A stretch of 64,000 nucleotides of DNA from Octopus vulgaris (lineage: Eukaryota). The DNA is taken from positions 60,140,001 through 60,204,000 of the forward strand of contig OX597821.1 of assembly GCA_951406725.2 (NCBI GenBank), given 5' to 3'. Each line of letters begins with the position of its first letter. Within the stretch, counting starts at the first letter, position 1. The translations under genes and the position numbers were made by a program. Shown here piece after piece: positions 55,912 to 64,000 of this stretch. The notes beneath the pieces are model-generated. The model was not told where the DNA came from and ran no database searches. It saw only the letters and a list, made by a program, of their open reading frames with translations.

Positions 55912-56445
55912 TTGTTTCAGTCATTTGATAGCAGCCATGCTGGAGCACCGCCTTATGTTATATACATATATATTACATACACATATACAGCATGCATATC
56001 GGTGCCATGTACTATATGCGTAACTAATCAATCGGTGATATTAATTCATTATTATTTTATATACCTGCATATTTAAAGCATGCACGTTTGTCTTAAGAGT
56101 ATATATAAAACAACGTACTAAGAACATGATGTATATATGTGTATGTGTGGTTATTACGCCTATATATATATATATATATATAGCGTAATAACCACAGTTC
56201 GACCTATCCCACCCTATGTAACAACCGGAACATTTATGATGGTAATGATGTAAACGGTGAAAAAGTCGATGTTGGTGGTGATGATTACTAAAGTGGCATC
56301 AGCTGACAATAACAACATACGAATGCCCAGTTTGGCTAGACTTTTTATTAGTACTATTTTTTTTTTCTTAAAAAAAAATTAACTCCGATATTTTTCATCT
56401 TAACACGAGTTTGGCAACTAATTTTTCTCTCAACCTTTCTCGTTA

Positions 56446-56504
<59 letters not shown>

Positions 56505-56787
56505 GTAACATTTTTTAAAATCAAACTTCTTTGTAGTATAAAAAAAATTATTATCCATCGCAGAACGATATTTTGACTAAATAAATATTATTTTGCATAT
56601 GCTTCAATATATATATATATAGGTATGTGTGTTTTATATCATTCTTGGAAATTCAAAGACGTTTTTCCGCTCATTCATATTTTATGTGAATAAATATGTG
56701 GAACTATCTTTTAGAACATGTATGTATATAGGTGTGTGAATGTGTGTATATACACACACACACACTATATACATCCACTCTAAACAC

Positions 56788-56835
<48 letters not shown>

Positions 56836-57100
56836 GTATGTGTGTCTTGCAAACATGTCTGCATTTTACGTGTATGTTATACATGTGGCGCAACAAAAAT
56901 TGTACCCAAACAAATGATGATAATTAACTGATAAATAACATAGATTAATAAATAACAACGAGTCATTCACGGAAAATATTTTAAGTCTCATGTTATACGC
57001 ACATATATATACACATCTGTATTCACTCATATATATACATATATTTATGGTTCCCATTTGCCGACGTGGACGTACAAAATATATACGCCACGAAATATAT

Positions 57101-57131
<31 letters not shown>

Positions 57132-57492
57132 CGTAGGTAGAGTATACGCAGTATATATATATTGATGTAGTTCCCACTTGCCGACGTGGACGTATAGTAA
57201 ATTATATATACTCGCGCGTGGCGTATTTAACGAAGAGTTGTCTTCATAAATGACAAGTACATTAGATAGATAGATAGATAGATACGCGTGTGACGCATGT
57301 GTAATACATATAAAGATAACGTATGTACGTAAGCGTGAAGATATATAAAAAAACGTGTGTCTGCATGTATGTATAAAGCAGGTACTTCGTGGGCATGCAA
57401 ACGTATGTCTGTGTGTAAAGGAGGCAGGATGTCGTACGGCTGGGGATACTACGAAACACATTTTTCGGCTAGGTCACATTTATATACCTACA

Positions 57493-57532
<40 letters not shown>

Positions 57533-57869
57533 TGTATGTATGTATGTATACATGTGTATGCATATACATATATATACATACACACACAGCTTTCACACAT
57601 GTTCACATAAACACACACTAACGTGTGTGTGTATACATACATACATACATATATATATATATTTGTATATATATATACAGCGTTATGTGTATTATTCACA
57701 TACATAGGTAGATTAATAGCAGCAGACTATTAAAGTGGTTGAATCGGTGGTTGATGGGTCATTAGTAAATGCTCAAGTTTTCGGTAAGCACATGTAGCCG
57801 GAAACTGGGGGTGGGTTGGAAAAAAAAAATAAAGGATGGTTTTTTTAAGGCAAAACCGTTTTAACTTAC

Positions 57870-58206
57870 CTTGTATACTACGTCGGCGAGCCGTTTCCCT
57901 TAAATCGTAGCCGGGCGAAGTCCGTTGATGTTCAACGGGACTCAAGTTCGGACTTAAGTTCAAGATAGGTGGACTGTGTGTGCTAAAGAAGTGTCCTGTG
58001 TTGTCATTATTGGAGTTGGTCGGCATGTTGGTAATCTGCCCCATTTCAGAGAGCAGAGTACCGCTTTCGGGTGTGTAGAGAGACTCCGAGGCGGCAGAGA
58101 CTAAAGATGGTGAGATACGACCGCTGTAACTGGCTGAAGGTTTCGACGACAGAAGAGAGTATGTGCGGGCAAGTTGGGCTTCTTTCTGGCTAGTGGCAAC
58201 TGGCAT
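57870..58206 (-). CDS. First coding exon (112 codons + 1 nt) of an unidentified gene; Ser/Pro-rich, probably disordered N-terminus ending ...SPGYDLRETARRRSIQ
   Basis: Non-repetitive, GC/CpG-rich open frame with ATG at 58206. Perfect donor AAG|GTAAGT after 57870 (phase 1). Upstream acceptor (pyrimidine tract ...ttatctgttacag) puts the exon start at 58319, so a non-coding exon lies further upstream. Confidence 0.72.
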
Positions 58207-60392
58207 GTCGTGGGATCGACTTAGCCTCTGTTCCACTTTGTGTCCACACGAGCTTAACACACAAAAAAGCTAAGCTGTTCACTAGATTAAATAAGCTTTC
58301 CTTATGAGAAAATCTGGATCTGTAACAGATAAGGATTGAAGAAAATAAATACAAAATTTAGATAGAGAAAACAGCTACTTTTTTGTTTTTCTATCTTTCT
58401 TATGTCTACTTTAACATCTAACGAATAAATGATAGGAGGGGATGGAAAGACGAGAGAAATCAGAAAAGAATGTATTGACCGATGTGTAGTGATGAGGCTC
58501 CTTACGAACGTGTGCGTGTATGTATATATCTGTGTATGTACGTACATACATACGAACGTCAGTATGCAGGCGTGTAGGTATGTAAATATATATATATATA
58601 GCTGTGTTTATATGTATGTGTATAGTTCGTTCTATACATACATGCACAATCAATCGTCTTATTTAACCTCTTCCAAACAGTTCACACAGATTTCGAAATA
58701 GTTGTTGTTTTATTAATGACTCGATGGAGTTTCTAACAAATATTTTTATGAAATTCCAAGTAATTTCCTCAGCGATATTATTGTTCATAGATAATAACAG
58801 TTTCTGTTTCGAGAGAAGGCCACTTATAAAGAATACATACAAGTGTCGATATATAGGTACTTATTTTATTGATCTCGATGGGATATAATACTAGATGAGA
58901 TGCGAACTTGGAATCGTCGAGTATTGAACTTAACGATTCTCAAATACTGTTCAGCATCAATCCAACTTCTCCACTATTTATGTTTTCACCAAATAATTTA
59001 TTTTTTCCTTGAAAGTTTTCTATAAGGAAAATAGAAGTTGTGGTGTTCATACATTTCACAAGTATTGAGCCAATATGGTGCTGTAATAATATAAATCATA
59101 TTGTTGGATATATTTCTTAAATCAGTAATTTTGATTTTTTTTTTTTTCAAGAAACTAAACTATTTATTTGATTTAAAAAAATAAAAATTCAATTTGTATA
59201 AAATAAATCCTGAAGCTTTGAACTCTGGTAGAAGAAAAAAAGTGGGAGGCATGAAGAAAAATAACAAAGTAAAATAACCCACCGAACGTATCTTATAGAA
59301 ATTAATGAGAAGGAATGAAAGAATAAATAGAAACACAGTCGGACGAATATAACAAGCTGAAAGCTATTGGGACTGATAACGCCATGCAGTCGGCGGCATG
59401 CAGTATTGCACCAAGGCTTGCACAGTGAAGACTAATACCACTGCATCAAGGGCCATTGCCACCACCAATGCGGACTGTTTATCACATTTTATACTGCAGC
59501 ATCTCTCCCTTATTTCTTTCAGAGCTTCGTTTCCCTTTTTGTAACCTTTTTAAACTTTTTGTACCTTTATCACTTTTAGAAGTCGTTTTAAATATCCTCT
59601 TCAAGTAAATATAATATTTCATGTTTTGAAAAAAAAAATACGTCATAATATTAATGATTTCTTTTATGAATAATAATAATAATATAGTTCATGGAAAATT
59701 CTTTAAAAAAAAACATTGAAATATCTTTATTTCAGATACCATCATATGATGCGATTTAATTTCATCCGGTTCAATAATACTGCAACATATTTATACTAGG
59801 GTGGGGGACCTATGAGTGAACGAGGGTTTCATTCTAAGTCTATTATTAAAAAGAAGGTAAAGAAGAAAAGAAAAACATGCTTTCGATCGAAATATAAGCG
59901 AAACCTTTATTAATAGCGATCGAAAATATACTTCCTATACCGGATGTTTCACTGCAAGGCTATCATCAAGCAGATAGCAGTCGTAGGATTTGCAGGTATA
60001 TAATATATGACGAAGCTGTCTGATCCGGTTTCAAGTTTAGCTTGGGAATATGACGCATATAAAATGTTCAATAGCGGATGTGGATTGAGATCAAGATATT
60101 TTCTTGCGAATTAGACTTCATGTGATCAATTGATTTCATATAAACTTAAAACAATTACTTTTCTTTATAATTTTCATGAAACCAAATTTTTAAAAAAATA
60201 AATAAAAAAAGGTGGGATGGAGAGAGTTTAGAAAACGAAGTTTTCTGGCTATGGAGGTCAGGAGAAAAATGTCGGTTTGTGTCAATGTCTCGTAGAGCGA
60301 CGAAGTTTCTTTCAATTTCGCGATTTTTGAATGGTTTATTTGACATAGGAATACAAATAAATATCTATTGCAATGTGAAATTAATGACATTA

Positions 60393-60443
<51 letters not shown>

Positions 60444-60545
60444 TTCTTTCGAGTCTTATTTTAAGCTTTCAAAATTCTTTACAAAATCTGATGGATCTTA
60501 TTTTACTGAGAAAAATGTAAACAGAAAAGATTGAAGCAGAAACTA

Positions 60546-60578
<33 letters not shown>

Positions 60579-61389
60579 GCAGCTGATAATGTAAAAATAT
60601 GTCAACAAAAGATCTGTCACATTAAAATATTACAACAGTAGGTTTTTCACTTGACCAAAATTTAAGTGACGTTTAATTTGAAGTCTATTTCAATTTCTTT
60701 TAAAAACAAAACTGAGATCAAGAAATATTGTTCTTGTTCTTCCAATTTAAATACCCCTAAGCTAACCTTACTAAAATCTTTTACCCTCAATAAAGGCCTA
60801 TAGTTAGCTTCTCCTTCACATGTGGGTGCTATATTTTATGCTAAAAGTACATGCTTAGAATCTCACTTTTTACGTATTCAATAAACATCGAGTATGGAAT
60901 AGAATTGTGCGTGTGTGTGTGTATTCATTTAATACTTCAGAGTGTAAACTGCATTTAAAGAAAACCTAAAGCTGTTTAGTTTTTCTAAACAGAATACATC
61001 AGCTATAAAAGTTTAATTAATGCTTAGAACTACAGTATGTTTTATTACAACCAGCCAACCAACCAACCCGCCGGCTTTAAGATACGTACAATTAACCATA
61101 CCAACCTCTGGTTTCGTTCTCTCTATATCTCCCGTATCCAGTTCGAGGTATACAATAATAAATGAAGATATATGATATAGAGCTTTATAATAAAGTCTCC
61201 CAATTTTACTTGCTATATAATCTGTTGGGGTCTAAAGTTGTTTAAGGATTCGTTAAAATGTATAAGAAAAATAATGTACCCTCCAAATTTGTAAAACGAG
61301 AGAGAGCAGACAGGTAACTGAAGCCAGTATAATTTGGCTGAGTAAACGATTTCACCAGCAACTAAGTATATAAGAAATATTTCAGCCGA

Positions 61390-62095
61390 TATTACCTATC
61401 CCTAAGCTAAACTACTGGAATATGAATAGACAAACATCGGGTGGAGTGCCAAGAAAAGGATTCCCCGCCTACTTTTAGTGACGTCACATCCGTAGGAAAT
61501 ACCTTTTGACACATTAATGTTTTGTTTTGTTGACGAATTTTTTTAAAATTTTGAACATCGTTGATATCCGGTATGTAAAATATAAACAAATTTTGAAACT
61601 TGAATAAAAACAATTTTATTTAATATTTTCATGATTATATTAGAAATATATAAGTAAAATTTTAAGTTTCGAATAATAATCTTGAAATAATATTTTCTTT
61701 TTGTTTTACTTTTTTAATCCTTTTTATCCGTCATGTATACAATAATAAACAATGACGTCATTATATCACTTGATCCAAATGCTGTAATTTGATTGGTCAA
61801 AATGTTATTGTTTTGATGATGACGAATGTATGTTTTTTTTAGAGAGTACATTCGAGAAAGACGTGTTTGTATGCGAATGAGTTACTCGGTGGAAGGAATC
61901 TGTGCCATGAACACAGGGAACATTATACATCATCGCCCTGATCAAAATTCATTTAAAAACCGGACTTCGAGTTGTAAAAACAAATCAGTTTATGTCTACA
62001 CAACAAATCGCATAGGCATCTATCTATGACTGGAAGCATCAACAGACAGGCTTTCACTTTGGAAGACGAAAAAAAGCTAATCGCCATTTTGAGAA
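61390..62095. promoter_or_regulatory. Putative bidirectional promoter between PNRC and the minus-strand gene
   Basis: Two perfect CRE palindromes TGACGTCA (61479-61486, 61753-61760), GC box CCCCGCCT (61463-61470), reverse CCAAT (ATTGG 61792-61796) and YY1-like CGCCATTTT (62082-62090). Possible minus-strand donor TAG|GTAATA at 61396/61395. CpG is retained. Confidence 0.55.
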
Positions 62096-62814
62096 CGAAA
62101 ACTGTTTTTATCAAGTGACTCTTATTTTTCTTTTCTCTCCTATTTTGTTATTATTTCAATAATTACCTTTACTTTTTTTAGGTCTTGTAGTTATATTTTT
62201 CTTATTTCAAGAAATCAACTTCTAAATTTTAATTTGGTTTAATGTTTTTTTTTTTGTTAAGAGTAACTTCGCTTTCACTAAATCTTGACTATTTTTAATT
62301 TTTGTAATTATTTCTCAAGTAGATTAATATTAAGCTATCAGAAATATAACTCTTTATTTTTACGACAAAAAAAAACAGAAAGAAAAGAAAACAAAGCTAA
62401 GTTATAATTTTTTATATGTAAAGTAAAAATAGAAATTTTTAAAAATATTTAAATCCTATTTAACTGTAAAGAGGTGAAGAAGAAGAAGAAGAAAAAGCTC
62501 GTTGAACTGGTTTTATTATCAAACAGCCATAATAAGTGCGTGTATTTTTATCTGCTACCATCAGACCAGAGTCGAGTGCTTGCAGTGGTGTACGTGTTTA
62601 GAAGCTAGCAGCTAAAAACAACAACATTAACAGAGCAGTAGCAGTGAGTGAAGCTAAGCTCGCCAGCATCTGGAACAAATCTAGTCTGCTGCTGTTTATT
62701 ATTATTATATGCTTTACCTGTGTATGTTTACACAAACCTGCTGCCAGTCACTTTAACTTTCGCCAGGCGATTAGCTCAACAACGAAAGTAAAGCACTTTT
62801 CACCTTCGAATTTA

Positions 62815-62922
62815 ATGAACACCATTTTGATTCTTGCAAATAGCAGCAGCAACAACAACAACAATAATACTACAAATATTAATAACCAAAGAAAACCTGC
62901 AGCAAAGATTTTTGACCTATGA
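62815..62922 (+). other. Upstream ORF (35 aa) whose TGA overlaps the PNRC start codon (ATGA)
   Basis: ATG at 62815, open to TGA 62920-62922; PNRC ATG at 62919-62921. A second short uORF lies at 62709-62756. Inclusion in the mature mRNA is assumed. Confidence 0.45.
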
Positions 62923-63863
62923 CTTTCCCCAAAATGAAGAAAATTGGAACGGGTGCTTCAGGACAAGTGCGGCTGCAACGCCAATCCATGGCAGGTACAA
63001 CAAAGAGAGCCTATCAACATCATCACCATCACCAACAACAGCAGCAGCAGCAGCACTCTTTTAATAAGAATGGACCAGCCATCTCTTCTGACAACAGCTT
63101 TGCGTTATCTACGCCATCGATGAATCGGGTGGCGCAGCAGCAGCAACAACAACATCAACTGCAGCAGCAGCACTTGCAGCAGTTAATTCAAAAGCTGCAG
63201 TCGAACAACAACAATAATTCAAACAATATGGCTGTGTTGCCACAAATGTATTATTCGTCCTATACACAGCAGCAGCATCAACACCAGCAACTGCAAACAC
63301 CACACTTTAATAACAACCAACAACGTCGGCACAACAGTAGCAGTATTACTACTGCAACCACCACCACCTCTACTAATAATAATAATCAGCAGCTCCGCAG
63401 CTTACTCACACACGAAGGAGACATTCCGTCCTTGGCCTCTACTACAACCACTAATAATAATACCAGTCAAGTGTCATCTAAAGCGGACACAGCTCCCTCT
63501 AGTGCTGTTCCGGGTAATGCCTATGCAGCGGCCAAATTCAGTGACCCTCCTTCACCCAAAGTGCTTCCGAAACCGCCTGTTCATTGGACTACAACGACAA
63601 AGACCACAGTTCCTTTCAATAGTGACGACATGGCATTATCGTTTCAAGCAGCGATGGCAGCTGCCAGTGCAGCAGCATCGAAGAGCCACATCCCCATGGG
63701 TAACAACAACAACATCAGCATCAATAATGTTGGTAGTAATATCAGTTGTGCTAGTGATGCCAGACTGCCCTTCCCTGCTGCCCCTCCTCCTTACTGTTCC
63801 AGTTCTGCTGATAACATCACCAGTCATTTGAGGATGATGCTCAAGTTAACAGTTCAGGCGTAA
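62919..63863 (+). CDS. PNRC: Proline-rich nuclear receptor coactivator (PNRC1/PNRC2-family) homolog, intronless CDS, 314 aa with polyQ/N/H/T N-terminus
   Basis: Contains YAAAKFSDPPSPKVLPKPPVHW (63522-63587), matching the PNRC/Edc1-like motif [22 protein letters not shown]. Ends ITSHLRMMLKLTVQA, resembling the PNRC C-terminal LKTLLKV helix. A second in-frame ATG at 62934 has the better Kozak context (aaaATG). Confidence 0.9.
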   Translation: MTFPKMKKIGTGASGQVRLQRQSMAGTTKRAYQHHHHHQQQQQQQHSFNKNGPAISSDNSFALSTPSMNRVAQQQQQQHQLQQQHLQQLIQKLQSNNNNNSNNMAVLPQMYYSSYTQQQHQHQQLQTPHFNNNQQRRHNSSSITTATTTTSTNNNNQQLRSLLTHEGDIPSLASTTTTNNNTSQVSSKADTAPSSAVPGNAYAAAKFSDPPSPKVLPKPPVHWTTTTKTTVPFNSDDMALSFQAAMAAASAAASKSHIPMGNNNNISINNVGSNISCASDARLPFPAAPPPYCSSSADNITSHLRMMLKLTVQA

Positions 63864-64000
63864 GACAGACACAGACAGATAGACAGATCGTGGCATATCT
63901 GGACTCCCTCATGAAATATAAAAAATAACCAAAAAAATACGACAAAAATATATACAGAACGAATCAGGAAATAAGAATAATAATATAAGATGATTAAAAA

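Noticed and set aside
57730-57869. C-terminal part of the 176-aa minus ORF
   Set aside because: Lies beyond a perfect GTAAGT donor and shifts to T-rich intronic composition.
63109-63831. Alternative-frame and antisense ORFs overlapping PNRC
   Set aside because: Shadows of the CAG/CAA-rich coding sequence with no independent support.

Overview
AT-rich eukaryotic DNA, very rich in microsatellites and SINEs. The repeat types (tRNA-derived CORE-type SINEs, RTE LINEs with (GAT)n tails, long (TA)n) look like a cephalopod/octopus genome; this is an inference. Most ORFs in the track are microsatellite artefacts. Two genes diverge from a CpG-rich region at about 55-64 kb. On +, an intronless CDS encodes a PNRC-family protein (62919-63863). 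On -, an unidentified gene has its first coding exon at 58206-57870, a probable 43-nt second exon at 54309-54267, and introns that appear to cover the rest of the window. The intronic space holds SINEs, RTE/CR1-like/CRE-like LINE remnants, a hAT transposase relic, several MITEs/foldbacks, a 24-copy 73-74 bp minisatellite and several minimal type I hammerhead ribozyme motifs of the kind found with Penelope-like elements. The most unusual observation is at 49164-49230 (-) and 32417-32484 (+). These two sequence-divergent repeats each carry all three hammerhead core strands with complementary stems, but in an order that matches none of the three circular permutations (types I/II/III). This implies a pseudoknotted hammerhead topology. 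It is a prediction from reading the sequence and has not been tested.
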